A DNA stretch of 64,000 nucleotides from Planctomycetota bacterium (GTDB lineage Bacteria > Planctomycetota > UBA8108 > SXIK01). This document shows positions 47,284 to 58,000 of the stretch, in pieces. Location: the NCBI GenBank assembly GCA_965223845.1, contig CBDCXR010000004.1:4128001-4192000 (forward strand), in the 5' to 3' direction. The position numbers were made by a program, and so were the translations under genes. Every line of letters starts with the position of its first letter. Within the stretch, counting starts at the first letter, position 1. The notes under the pieces were generated by a model, which was not told the origin of the DNA, made no database searches, and worked only from the letters and a program-made list of their open reading frames with translations.

Positions 47284-49125
47284 CTAGGTGCCCGGAGTCA
47301 TCGGCTTCGATTTCGCGATCCACTCGCGGACCACGTCTCCCAGAATCTCGAGCGGAACGGGTCCGGTCGTCAGAACGAGATCGTGGAACGCGCGCAGATC
47401 GAACGCCTCCCCGAGCGCCGCTTCCGCCTCGCGCCGAAGCTTCTGGATCTCGAGCATTCCGATCTTGTACGCCGTCGCTTGCCCGGGCATCACGATGTAG
47501 CGCTCGATCGCCTTGACGCAGTCGCCTTTCGGGTTCGGAGTGTTCTCGAGGAGATAATCGATCGCTCGACCCCGCGTCCATTTGAACTCGTGAATTCCGG
47601 TATCGACGACGAGCCGACACGCTCGCCAAAGCTCCATCGCGAGCCGGCCGAAGTCGGAGTACGGATCCTCGTAAAAGCCCATCTCTTTCGGCACGAGCTC
47701 GGTGTAGAGCGCCCAGCCTTCGACGTACGCGGTGTAGCCGCCGTAGCGTCGAAATCGCGGCAGCGTCTCCTGCTCCTGTGCGATCGAGAGCTGCATGTGG
47801 TGTCCGGGAATCGCTTCGTGGTAGGCGAGCGCCTCGGCTTGGTAAATCGGCATCTCGCTCATCGCGTAGAGATTGGCGTAATAGACCCCGGGCCTCTTCC
47901 CGTCGGGCGAGCCGGTCTCATAGAACGCCTTTCCCGCCGACTTTTCGCGGTAGGCCTCGACGGGCTTCACGACGAGAGCGGCCGTCGGCTTCGTGACGAA
48001 CAGCTCGTCGAGCCGCTCCGCGATTCCATCGATGTACCTCTGCGCGAGGTCGAGGTACGCCTGGCGGCCCGCGGCGTCGTTCGAAAAGTAGAAACGCTCG
48101 TCTTCGCGGGTGTAGCGGAAGAAATCCTTGAGCTTCCCCTCGAACTCGACGCGCTTCATGATCGCGCGCATCTCGTCGTGAATCCGCCGGACCTCCTGAA
48201 GCCCAATCTCGTGCACGCGCTCGGCGCCGATCTCGAGTGTCGTCGCGCCCGCCAAGCGATGTTCGTAGTACTCCGCCCCGCGGGGCAGTTTCCAAACACC
48301 GTCGTCGGTCGTCGCGAGCGCCTGCTCGCGCTCGAGAACTCCGATCAGTCGCTCGTACGCGGGTCCCACGGATTCGACGAGAGCTCCGCGCGCGCGATCC
48401 GTCCACTCTTCCTGCTCCGCCTCGTCGAACTCGAGGGCTGCGATCTTCTTCGTGACGTCCGCGAAGATCGGCGACGGCGAACCGGAGCCATCGAACGGCG
48501 AACCGCGGAGTACGTTGCGGCAATCGTCGAGCACCATCGGGAAGACGAACTGCGGCGGACGCACGCCGAGCTCCGCACGCTTCTCGAGGCCGACGACGAG
48601 CTGGTCGAACAGCGATTCGATCCCCCGAAGGCGCGTGATGTACGCCGCGAGATCCTCCGTCGTCTCGACGCGATGCTGATTGATGAGAAAGGCCGGCACC
48701 TCCGCGTGAAGCCCGAACATCTGATTCACGGGATAGCTGTGAAACCGCCACTCGTGACTCGCGAGCTGGCGCTCCGCCGCGTACTCGAAGAGGCGGTAGC
48801 TGAGCTGATCGCGCGGGTGCAAGGACTCGAATGCGAACTCCGTTCGGAGCCGTTCGAGCTCTCGACGCCTCAGCGCCACGGTCTCGTTCTTGAACTCGTC
48901 GGACAAGTCGTCCCACTTGTCGTAGTTCGTTTTGATGCCGAGCCGAGTCTGGAACATCGGACTCCGAGCGAGTCGCTGCTCGAACGACGTTTCGAAAAAG
49001 GCGGCGAGCCGCTCGCGTTCACTCTCCGGCGACGCCGAAGAGAGGAGCTGACAACCTGCGAGCAAGAAAGATGCGACGGCAGTGCCGCCGGCGGAAACGA
49101 GACACGCGCGCAGTGGCGAGTTCAT
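47284..49125 (-). CDS. DUF885-family lipoprotein
   Basis: Lipobox LAGC; HEAIPGHHMQ, EGWALYTE, WRACRLVVDTGIH, PGQATAYKIG. Confidence 0.92.
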   Translation of the reverse strand: MNSPLRACLVSAGGTAVASFLLAGCQLLSSASPESERERLAAFFETSFEQRLARSPMFQTRLGIKTNYDKWDDLSDEFKNETVALRRRELERLRTEFAFESLHPRDQLSYRLFEYAAERQLASHEWRFHSYPVNQMFGLHAEVPAFLINQHRVETTEDLAAYITRLRGIESLFDQLVVGLEKRAELGVRPPQFVFPMVLDDCRNVLRGSPFDGSGSPSPIFADVTKKIAALEFDEAEQEEWTDRARGALVESVGPAYERLIGVLEREQALATTDDGVWKLPRGAEYYEHRLAGATTLEIGAERVHEIGLQEVRRIHDEMRAIMKRVEFEGKLKDFFRYTREDERFYFSNDAAGRQAYLDLAQRYIDGIAERLDELFVTKPTAALVVKPVEAYREKSAGKAFYETGSPDGKRPGVYYANLYAMSEMPIYQAEALAYHEAIPGHHMQLSIAQEQETLPRFRRYGGYTAYVEGWALYTELVPKEMGFYEDPYSDFGRLAMELWRACRLVVDTGIHEFKWTRGRAIDYLLENTPNPKGDCVKAIERYIVMPGQATAYKIGMLEIQKLRREAEAALGEAFDLRAFHDLVLTTGPVPLEILGDVVREWIAKSKPMTPGT

Positions 49126-49374
49126 ACGAGTACGTCCTCTTGCTGACGAACGAATCCGACTCGACCGAGCGTTGCGGACCGGAACGAGCACGGGGGAGCC
49201 CGCTTGACGGGTGGCGGACAGTGTCTCCGATGCCGCTCGCGCGTCCAGAGCAAATCATGCCGCGCGACGATTCCGGCGCGACGAGACCTTCGCTCCGCGG
49301 CAAGAGTCTGTTACGGTCGGGAGGCTCTCCTCCACCGCCCGCGCGATTCCTCGGTTTTTCTTGTGAGACCAGCG

Positions 49375-51453
49375 ATGATCCGATCCTCCTTCACTTTGGC
49401 GATTCTGCTCGCCGCATCCGTCTTGAGTGTGCCTTCGAGCGCGCGTGAACGAGGCGAGGCGCGACAGCCGAACATCGTGTTTTTCCTCGCCGACGATCTC
49501 GGCTGGACGGATCTCGGCTGCTACGGAAGCACGTTCTACGAGACACCGAACCTCGATCGGATCGCCGCCGAGGGAATGCGCTTCACCGACGCGTACGCCG
49601 CCTGCCAGGTCTGCTCGCCCACCCGCGCGAGCATCCTCTCGGGAAAGTATCCGGCTCGCCTCGACACGACCGATTACTTCGGCGGTGCGAGGCGAGGGAA
49701 ACTGCTGCCTGCGCCCTACCACCGGCAGCTCCCGCTCGAAGAGGTCACCCTCGCCGAAGCCCTTCGGGACGCGGGATACAAGACGCTCTTCCTAGGGAAA
49801 TGGCACCTTGGAAGCGCGCCGTTTCTTCCGGAGGCACAGGGATTCGACGTCAACGTCGCCGGACACGGAGCCGGGATGCCGGCGTCCTACTTCGCGCCGT
49901 ACCGTCGAAAGAACCGCTCGTACTTCGACGTTCCCGGTCTCGAAGGGGCGGCGGAAGGCGAGTACCTCACGGATCGCCTGACGAGCGAGGCGCTCCGGCT
50001 CATCGATCGCCATCGCGACGAGCCGTTTCTCCTCTACCTCTCTTTCTACTCCGTCCACACCCCGCTTCAGTCGAAGCCGGAGTACGCGGCGAAGTACCGA
50101 AAGAAGGCGGCCAAAGTGCGCTCCTCCTCGCTTGCGAAGTTCGTTCCGGAAGGACGACGTGAAGCGCGACAAGTGCAGGATCACGCCGTGTACGCGGGGA
50201 TGGTGCAAAGCCTCGACGAGAACGTCGGTCGCGTTCTCACGCGTCTCGATGATCTCGGTCTCGCCGACAAGACTGCCGTCTTCTTCACGTCGGACAACGG
50301 CGGACTCTCGACCTCGGAGGGATCGCCGACGGCGAACGTGCCCCTTCGCGCCGGCAAGGGGTGGATCTACGAGGGCGGGATCCGCGAGCCGCTGCTCGTC
50401 CGCTGGCCGGGAACGATTCGCGCGGGAAGCGTGTCGCCGGTCCCGGTGACGAGCACGGACTACTACCCCACGATTCTCGACCTCGCGGGCCTCCCGCCGC
50501 GTCCGGATCAGCACGTCGACGGTCGAAGCTTCGCCGGAGTGCTTCGCGGGGGCGAAGCCGTCGAGCCGCGCGCGCTGTTTTGGCACTACCCGCACTACGG
50601 GAATCAAGGTGGATCTCCGAGCGGTGCGGTTCGTCTCGGCGACTACAAGCTGATCGAGTTCTTCGAAACGGGTCGCGCCGAGCTCTACAACCTTCGCTAC
50701 GACATCGGCGAAAGCCGCGACCTCGCGGCGAATCAACCGGCGCGCGCGCGGGAGATGCTCGATCTTCTCCGAAACTGGCGGAAATCGGTCGATGCGAAGA
50801 TGCCGACACCGAATCCGGAGTACCGGCCGCCGGTGCCGCGTGTTCTCCTCATCGGCGATTCCATCGCGCAAGGCTACGCGCCAGGAGTGAAGACACTCCT
50901 CAAGGGAAAGGCCGACGTCCACACGATCCCGATGAACGGCGGTGCGACGAGTCGCGGGCTCGAACGGCTCGAGGCCTGGGTGGGGAATGGAGAGTGGGAT
51001 GCGATCCACTTCAATTGGGGTCTCCACGATCTCTGCTATCGACGCGACGGCGCGCCCGCGTACGGTAACCGCGATAAGCAGAGCGGTGTCCTCACGACGA
51101 CTCTCCTCGAGTACGAGCGAAACCTGAGTACGCTCGCCGCTCGGCTGAGCTCGACTGGCGCGAAGCTCATCTGGGCGACGACGACCCCCGTTCCGGAAGG
51201 AGAGGCCGGACGGTTTCACGGCGACGCGGCGCGCTACAACGCGGTCGCCCAGCGAGTGATGGATCGATTCGGAATCCCAACGAACGACCTCTACTCGCTC
51301 GTGCTTCCACGTCTCGGCGAGTTGCAGAAGAAGAGCGACGTCCACTTCACGGGCGACGGATCGCGAGTCCTCGCGCGAGCCGTCGCCGAAGCTCTTGCGA
51401 ACGGACTCGGGCTCGAGCTCGACCCGACGCCGACGAGCAGTGCGGCGAAGTAG
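49375..51453 (+). CDS. Sulfatase fused to a C-terminal SGNH/GDSL hydrolase
   Basis: DDLGW, CSPTRAS, GKWHLG, TSDNGG; then LIGDSI, FNWGLHD, DVHF. Confidence 0.9.
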   Translation: MIRSSFTLAILLAASVLSVPSSARERGEARQPNIVFFLADDLGWTDLGCYGSTFYETPNLDRIAAEGMRFTDAYAACQVCSPTRASILSGKYPARLDTTDYFGGARRGKLLPAPYHRQLPLEEVTLAEALRDAGYKTLFLGKWHLGSAPFLPEAQGFDVNVAGHGAGMPASYFAPYRRKNRSYFDVPGLEGAAEGEYLTDRLTSEALRLIDRHRDEPFLLYLSFYSVHTPLQSKPEYAAKYRKKAAKVRSSSLAKFVPEGRREARQVQDHAVYAGMVQSLDENVGRVLTRLDDLGLADKTAVFFTSDNGGLSTSEGSPTANVPLRAGKGWIYEGGIREPLLVRWPGTIRAGSVSPVPVTSTDYYPTILDLAGLPPRPDQHVDGRSFAGVLRGGEAVEPRALFWHYPHYGNQGGSPSGAVRLGDYKLIEFFETGRAELYNLRYDIGESRDLAANQPARAREMLDLLRNWRKSVDAKMPTPNPEYRPPVPRVLLIGDSIAQGYAPGVKTLLKGKADVHTIPMNGGATSRGLERLEAWVGNGEWDAIHFNWGLHDLCYRRDGAPAYGNRDKQSGVLTTTLLEYERNLSTLAARLSSTGAKLIWATTTPVPEGEAGRFHGDAARYNAVAQRVMDRFGIPTNDLYSLVLPRLGELQKKSDVHFTGDGSRVLARAVAEALANGLGLELDPTPTSSAAK

Positions 51454-51502
51454 ATCTTGCTCCGGTCGAGCAAACGTTCGCCCCGAACGAGAGAATCGCG
51501 CG

Positions 51503-51862
51503 ATGACGGCACCCGTTCGAGCTCGGATCTATCACAATCCACGCTGCAGCAAGAGCCGAGGAGCGCTCCTGCTCCTCGAGGAGCGCGGCGTCGACGTCGA
51601 GGTCGTGCGGTACCTCGAGCACCCGCCGGAGGTCGGTGAGCTGCGCGAGATCTGCGCTCGAATCGGCCTGTCGCCTCGGGATCTCGTGCGCAGAAAGGAG
51701 CCCCGTTTCGGCGAGCTCGGACTCGATTCGCGCGACCTCAGCGACGAGGAATGGCTCGAAACCTTGGCGGCGAATCCCGTCCTCATCGAGCGTCCTCTCG
51801 TCCTCATCGGGAGGCGCGGGGTCATCAGGCGCCCACCGGAGAACGTCCTTTCTATTCTCTGA
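51503..51862 (+). CDS. arsC: ArsC-family (glutaredoxin-type) arsenate reductase
   Basis: IYHNPRCSKSR and NPVLIERP motifs. Confidence 0.8.
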   Translation: MTAPVRARIYHNPRCSKSRGALLLLEERGVDVEVVRYLEHPPEVGELREICARIGLSPRDLVRRKEPRFGELGLDSRDLSDEEWLETLAANPVLIERPLVLIGRRGVIRRPPENVLSIL

Positions 51863-51968
51863 GGCCGGCGGACGGGGCGGGTCGCGCGTCGCGGGCAACC
51901 GCTAACTCATTTTCTTCAAAAGAGTTAACGCCGATCCACCGCGCGCTCTCGAGCCTTCGCGGCGCTCA

Positions 51969-52011
51969 CGTTGCTGCCGGCGACCCGGCGGCCGGATCGC
52001 CGGCAGCAACG
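51969..52011. repeat. Perfect 15-bp inverted repeat (strong hairpin)
   Basis: CGTTGCTGCCGGCGA ... TCGCCGGCAGCAACG with an inner CCGG/CCGG; no U-tract. Confidence 0.7.
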
Positions 52012-52275
52012 AATGCGAAAACCCTGACGGCGAATTGGATTAGATTCGCGCGTGGATGCGTCTTTCATCGGCGTGGGCGTCGCTCGTGCCCGCGGGAAGT
52101 TCTTTCCTCACGCCGAGTTCGCGACGAGAATCGGCTTCGGCTGAGCAGTCGTCCGCCGGTCCAATCTCTCGAGATTGTGAAGTCGCGGCGGCGTACCGTC
52201 TCGATCGGATGTGTCGTAGGAAGGTGTCGTAGAAAGAACGTTCAGCCAATTCACACGCGTCATTGGGGGATATCG

Positions 52276-54858
52276 ATGTTTACGCGTAGCCCTGGGGCTC
52301 TCCGGATCGCCGTAGCGATCCTCGTCACCGTCTCGTCGGGATTCGTCTCGTCCACCTGGGCGATCGAGCCGATCGTTTACGTTTCGCGTTCGTTCGAAAG
52401 CGTACCGCAGGCCGACAGGAGGGCGAGCGCGGTCGAGCGCGCCACCGACGGCATTTTGTACATCAAGCGAGACGGCGAGCAGCCGGTCGTCCTCGTCAAC
52501 GAGGATTCTGAACCGGTGACGGGAACAGCTCCGCTCGACGTCTCCGACCCGAGCGTCTCCTACGACGCGCAGCGCATCGTCTTCGCTGGCTATTCGCCCG
52601 TCGAAGAGGCGTGGCGAATCTACGAAGTCGGCGTGGACGGAAGCGGGCTCCGCCAGCTCACGACGAGCGATCGAGAAGAGATCGACCTCACTCGTTACGG
52701 TGAGGAGCTCGGCGGTGAGTTCGCGACCTACGACGACCTCGATCCGTGCTACCTCCCCGACGGAAGAATCTGCTTCGTCTCGACCCGCTACCCCGGGAGC
52801 GCACCGGGCGGACGTGTTCGCGCGACGAATCTATACGTAGCGAACGCCGATGGAACAGACGTCCACCGAATCACTACCGAACGATTCGGCGCCGACACGC
52901 CCGCGGTCGATCCGATGACGGGGCAGATCGTCTACTCCCGCTGGTGGCTCACGGAAGAGGGGAACGCGCCCCCGACCGGAGGACTCAGTCCGACGAGCGC
53001 TCCGCCCTACTACGGCCCGGTCACGAATACCGCACTCAGCACGATTCCGCTGCGCGGTCTCGCGGACCCCGACTTCGTCGGCGTGAACAATTGGTCGCTC
53101 TCCTCGGTGAACCCTGACGGGACCGGCCTCCAGCAGTTCAGTGGATCGGGACTGTTGAGCGAGCTGACGATGGCGTACCGGCCGGCGTTCTTCGAGGACG
53201 GACGCGTCACCGGTCTCTTCATTCGCCAGAGTCCGTTCCTCGGCTACCCGGGATCGCACGGAATCCGGATGTACTCGCGCGGCATCGGCTACCCGGAAGC
53301 GGTCGCCGGTCCTCAGTCGTTCTTCGGGAGCGCGGTCCCGGCCGACCCGAATCCCCTCGTATTCGCCTCGTTCACCGAGCCGAGATTCGCGTACGGCAGC
53401 GCGGAGCCGCTCGCCGACGGAAACCTCCTCGTTACCGGTCACCCGTGGGGAAACGGCGATGGCAGCCCGGCGGACTTCGACGTCTACGTTCAAACCAGGA
53501 GGAGCAACTCTCCAGTCGGCGCCCCCCTCGTCAACTCGAACCGGATGTTGCTCGATGCGGTTCCGGTTTACCCGAGAGATGTGCCTCCGATCATCGAGGA
53601 CGAGTTCCGGCCCGAGTTCCGCGAGGATGTACCGCAGACCGTCGAAGAGGCGATCGCGATGCACGGCACGTTCAAGTTCGTGTGCGAGAACATCCACACG
53701 AACGGAGCCGTCGACTTGGCGATTCCGAACGCTCCGCCGGTCGGACAAAATCTCACGATCGAGTTCTACATGCATCCGCAGGGTGACAGCGACGCGCCGA
53801 ATCCGATCCTCATCGAAAGCCAGGAGATCGGTCCCGACGGTCGCGTCGAGATGGAGCTTCCGGCGGGAGTACCGCTGTTCGAGGTTCTCCGACGAACGGA
53901 CGGTCGCATTGCGCTCGGACGCGACGGCCAGGTGTTTCATGTCGGCGGGATGAATTTCGGCAACGCGGGGACCGAAGCGAAGTGCGTCGGCTGCCACGCC
54001 GGTCACAGCCGCCTCGAAGTTCCCGCCGATCCGAGCTGGACGAACATCGCTTCGAGTGCGACGGTCACGGCGAGTTCCGTCTTGAGCGGTCGCGTGCCCG
54101 GCACGCGATTCTTCGCGGTGTTCAGCCCGGCCTCACTCGTCGACCGAAAGACGCTACCGATCGCGTCGGAGTGGGCGGCACAGCCGTTTGAAAACGACGC
54201 AGAGCCGTGGTTCCGCCTCAGGTGGCAGCGTCCCGTCGAAGCGAAGGAGCTCGTTCTCTACGGGATTCAGACCGGGTCCACCCGCGACTTCGGCCGCCGC
54301 ACGACGACGGTGAACTCCTTCGACGTCGAGCTGCTTCTCGACGGCGAGAGGGTCGACGCGTGGCGTGAGAACCAAAAGATCCAGCCCGCACCCGAAGGGA
54401 CTCGAATTCAGTTCGAGGCACTCCGGACGATCGACGAAGTCGTGATCCGCTTCGGGAGAGAATCCGTTACCGGCGAGCTACTCGATATGAGTGTCGCGGC
54501 CGCGTCCGAGATCGAGGTCGTCGGACGCGCGCTTTCCGTCGACGGGCCGGCGACCGCGATCTTCGTCCGCGGCGATGCGAACTGCGATGGGTTCGCCAAT
54601 CTGAGCGACGGGATCTCGATGCTGAACGCGCTCTTCCTCGGGGGACCGATGGCTCCGAGCGGCAACTCGGCGCCGCTGTGCTGCGTCGCGGCCGGGGATG
54701 TGAACGACGATGATTCGCTCAACATGACCGACATCATCTACTTCCTCAATCACCTCTTCCGCGGAGGACCGGGACTCGCCCCACCGGAGCGCGAGTGTGG
54801 GCGCGCAGAGATGCGATCGCTCACCTGCGACCAAGAATCCGCCTGTCCGCCGCTTTGA
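52276..54858 (+). CDS. Secreted protein with hydrazine-synthase-alpha-like propeller/middle region, CxxCH, discoidin-like and dockerin-like domains
   Basis: GGGGA RBS; DPSVSYD..RIVF..GLRQLT, DDLDPCYLPDGRICFVSTR, LPAGVPL, CVGCH, FVRGDANCDG..DVNDD. Confidence 0.7.
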   Translation: MFTRSPGALRIAVAILVTVSSGFVSSTWAIEPIVYVSRSFESVPQADRRASAVERATDGILYIKRDGEQPVVLVNEDSEPVTGTAPLDVSDPSVSYDAQRIVFAGYSPVEEAWRIYEVGVDGSGLRQLTTSDREEIDLTRYGEELGGEFATYDDLDPCYLPDGRICFVSTRYPGSAPGGRVRATNLYVANADGTDVHRITTERFGADTPAVDPMTGQIVYSRWWLTEEGNAPPTGGLSPTSAPPYYGPVTNTALSTIPLRGLADPDFVGVNNWSLSSVNPDGTGLQQFSGSGLLSELTMAYRPAFFEDGRVTGLFIRQSPFLGYPGSHGIRMYSRGIGYPEAVAGPQSFFGSAVPADPNPLVFASFTEPRFAYGSAEPLADGNLLVTGHPWGNGDGSPADFDVYVQTRRSNSPVGAPLVNSNRMLLDAVPVYPRDVPPIIEDEFRPEFREDVPQTVEEAIAMHGTFKFVCENIHTNGAVDLAIPNAPPVGQNLTIEFYMHPQGDSDAPNPILIESQEIGPDGRVEMELPAGVPLFEVLRRTDGRIALGRDGQVFHVGGMNFGNAGTEAKCVGCHAGHSRLEVPADPSWTNIASSATVTASSVLSGRVPGTRFFAVFSPASLVDRKTLPIASEWAAQPFENDAEPWFRLRWQRPVEAKELVLYGIQTGSTRDFGRRTTTVNSFDVELLLDGERVDAWRENQKIQPAPEGTRIQFEALRTIDEVVIRFGRESVTGELLDMSVAAASEIEVVGRALSVDGPATAIFVRGDANCDGFANLSDGISMLNALFLGGPMAPSGNSAPLCCVAAGDVNDDDSLNMTDIIYFLNHLFRGGPGLAPPERECGRAEMRSLTCDQESACPPL

Positions 54859-54918
54859 GAGACTTTCCGACAAACTCGAAGTAACTCGACGCGCTCAGGC
54901 GCGGCTCCGAGCTTGCAG

Positions 54919-54965
54919 AAGCCCTCCGGGATCGGTCGGACCGATGTCGGAGGGCTTTTTTATTT
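54919..54965 (+). terminator. Rho-independent terminator
   Basis: AAGCCCTCCG..ATCGGT/ACCGAT..CGGAGGGCTT stem followed by TTTTATTT, 60 nt after the stop at 54858. Confidence 0.85.
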
Positions 54966-55031
54966 CGGCGATGCACCACCGCGATCGACCGACTGGCGTG
55001 ATCCCCGTCGGAAGACTCGATGGAGTGTGAT

Positions 55032-58000
55032 ATGCGTGACGTTCTCCGCTACGCGTTGCTGGGGCTTTTGCTCTGCCTCCAGTCCGTGCCGCTCCCGGCG
55101 CAGCTGGAAGAGTGCGACGATCGCCCGGTCGGCCGCGACGAACTCGATCGCGCGGGCGAATCCGACTTGAATGGAAACGGGATCCCCGATCGCTGCGACC
55201 TCGCCGGCGCGTTCTACACGCTACGACCGGGCTCTCGCGTCGAGCTTGAACACCCGTCCGCGCCGATCGTCGTCGATCTCGACTCCGACGCATATCTCGA
55301 CATCGTCGCCGCTCGCGACGCGGAAAACTCCCCGGGAGAGATCGTCATCGTCGCCGTTTTCGGCGACGAAAGCGCGACGCTCGAGCGCCGCACTACGACC
55401 AGTATCGCGGGAGGCTGGATCTCGGCCGCGACCCTCGATCTCAGCGCCGGCGATTTCGATGGCGACCGCGTTCCGGATCTCGCCGTCGCGGGAAGAACGC
55501 TCGCCGGAGCGACCGTCGTTCTCGCGCTCGGGGATCGCGAGCGGTTTAACGTCGCAAGCCGACACGTCGTCGCAGGATCGTTGATCCGCGATTCCGGCAG
55601 CTTCGTCGACATCGACGGCGACGGTGATCTCGACTTCGCTCAGTTCCTCGCGCGCGCCGCCGGCTCTCCGTTCGGCGGGAGCACGGGGGTTGGATTCCTG
55701 CTGCGAAACGTCGAGGGAGTCGCCCGTGAAGAAGCGTTCCTCGGTGCGACGGCGGAGGTGATGAGTCCGGTGTGGGGGGACTTCGACGGCGATGGTCTCG
55801 TCGACCTGGTCGCGCTCAATTCGCGCACGAACATGATTTGGACCCGGGATTCGCGCGGCGGCTTCAGGACGCCGCGCGTCCTTCCGCGCATCTATTTTTC
55901 AACCGCGACGGCCGCCGATCTGGACGGCGACGGTGATCTCGATCTGGCCTACGCCGTCGGAAGCAGCCGCGCCTATTCGGTGGCGTGGAACGACGGCGAC
56001 GGCTTCCGCGACCAACCGGCGTTTTCACGCATCGCCCTCCCGGAGGGCGTCGCACCGGAACTCGCGGTTTCCGCGATCGACGTCGACGGCGACGGTCGTG
56101 TCGATGTCTGCGGCGGCGTCCGCCGGCACTGTGCTGCGACGGATGGCCGAGCCTGGTTCGCGAAAAACCACGGCGAGGGCGACATCTCCGCCGGCGCCCG
56201 TCTCGTGACGGCCGCGGGACGCGCGGCGCGGAGCGCGCGACACTCGGCTTTCGGCGACGTCAACGGCGACGGCATCGTCGACGTCGTCCAAGCGGACGAG
56301 GATGGAATCGGCGCTTACCTCGGAACGCTGGGACCGATCAGCCGCGATTGCAATGGGAACGGCGTCCCGGACGAATCCGAGCTCGACGATTGTGATGGCG
56401 ACACGATTCCGGACGACTGCGAACCGGATGCGGACGGAGACGGCTTTCCCGACGGCTGCGGATTCGACTGCAACGAAAACGGAATCCGAGACGAGCAGGA
56501 CATCGCGGCGGGTCACGCAGCCGACTGCGACGAGAACGGCGTCCCGGACGAGTGCGAGCTCGAGCTCGGCGACCGCAATCGCGACGGAACGCTCGACGCG
56601 TGCCAGATAGGGGAACACGGCTCTCCCGATTGCAACTCGAACGGCATCCCCGATCCGATCGACCTCCACACGAGGACTCGTTTCGGGTCCCCGCTCGCCA
56701 TCGAGCTTTTGGGAGAGAACCTGAGCCGCACCGAAGCGTCCGTCGGTGCGATCGCCGCGGGCGACGTCGACGGCGACGAATGGACCGACGTTCTCGTCGC
56801 TCGGACGGGAAACTGCTGTCCTCCCAGCTCGGGAACGATCGAGATTCTCTCGAACCTGGAAGGCCGGCTCGTCGCTCGCGGCGTCGTCGTTCGCAGGGAG
56901 GCGCTGATGACGAGCTTCGCCGCGGGTGATCTCGATGCGGACGGCGATCTCGATGTCGTCGTCGGCATCACTCCTTGCCTCGGAACGGGGAGCTCGCGCA
57001 TCGAGTCGCTCGTCAACACCGGGAACGGAGAGACCTTCGTCGAGCGCGATTCTCACGCTTCGCTCGGGACGGTGACCGAATCCGTGCTCGAAGATTTCGA
57101 CGGGGATGGCGACGCGGATCTGGTCACGACGGCGACGATGGATTCGGCGACGATCGTTCAGATCTGGTGGAACGGCGGATCGGGAGTGTTCTCGCCGGGA
57201 ATCGACCATCTTCTGACGGAGGAGTGTTCTGGGATCGACACTCCGGATCTCGACGACGACGGCATCGCCGACATCGTCGTCGGCACGAGCGGCGACCGCC
57301 ACGCCTGGATCCTTCTCAGCACGCAGGAGTTCGACTCGGGACGACAAACGCCGTCCGTCTCCTCGATGGCGCAAGTCGGGCTCGCGTTTGCGGACTTCAA
57401 CCGCGACCAGAAGACGGACGTGCTCGCGATCCCCGTTCGAGACCCCGATCGCGGCTGGATCCACGAGCGAAACGACGACGGGACTTGGATCACGACCGAG
57501 ATCGGAGTCGAGGGTGTCGAGGGCATCCCACTCGCTCTCCCTCGCGAAGAAGATCGGATCCCGGACGTCGCGTTTTTTTCGAGCCAACGCTCCGCCGTGT
57601 TGTTGACGGTTGGAAGTTTCTCGCGCGCCGGGCACCTCGAGGGAGGATCGATCTACGGCCTGAGGGGGCCGCTCGTCGAAGATCCGATTCCGGTGGACCT
57701 CGACCGGGACGGACGCGACGAGCTCCTCATCGCGACGGCCGATTCCCTCTCCGTCGTCGGGCGCACTTCCAACGGTGCGTGGAGCGCTCCGAGGCAACAC
57801 GACGTCGATTGGGCTACGACCTACCCCATCGTCGCCCGAGATCTCGACGGCGATGGCGACCTCGACCTCGCCTCCGTGCGGCAGGGATCGCCGCTCAACA
57901 TTCTTCGTACGGGAAGTCAGGTGATTTGGAACACTCCGGACGGACTCGTACGCGCGAACTCCGCCGCTGCGGGGTCGGAGATCCTGGCGATCGGCGCAGT

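Noticed and set aside
51503-51862. Arsenic resistance operon
   Set aside because: The ArsC-family gene is alone, with no arsR, arsB or acr3 nearby
52276-54858. Evidence for anammox metabolism
   Set aside because: Only one HzsA-like protein with a single heme motif and extra domains; no hzsB/C or other anammox genes in the window
56340-56670. Recurrent GACTGCAAC..GGCGTCCCGGAC-like words (also 60480-60810) as a CRISPR or DNA repeat array
   Set aside because: They are degenerate, in frame and encode DCNxNGxPD protein repeats; no identical repeats with unique spacers and no cas genes
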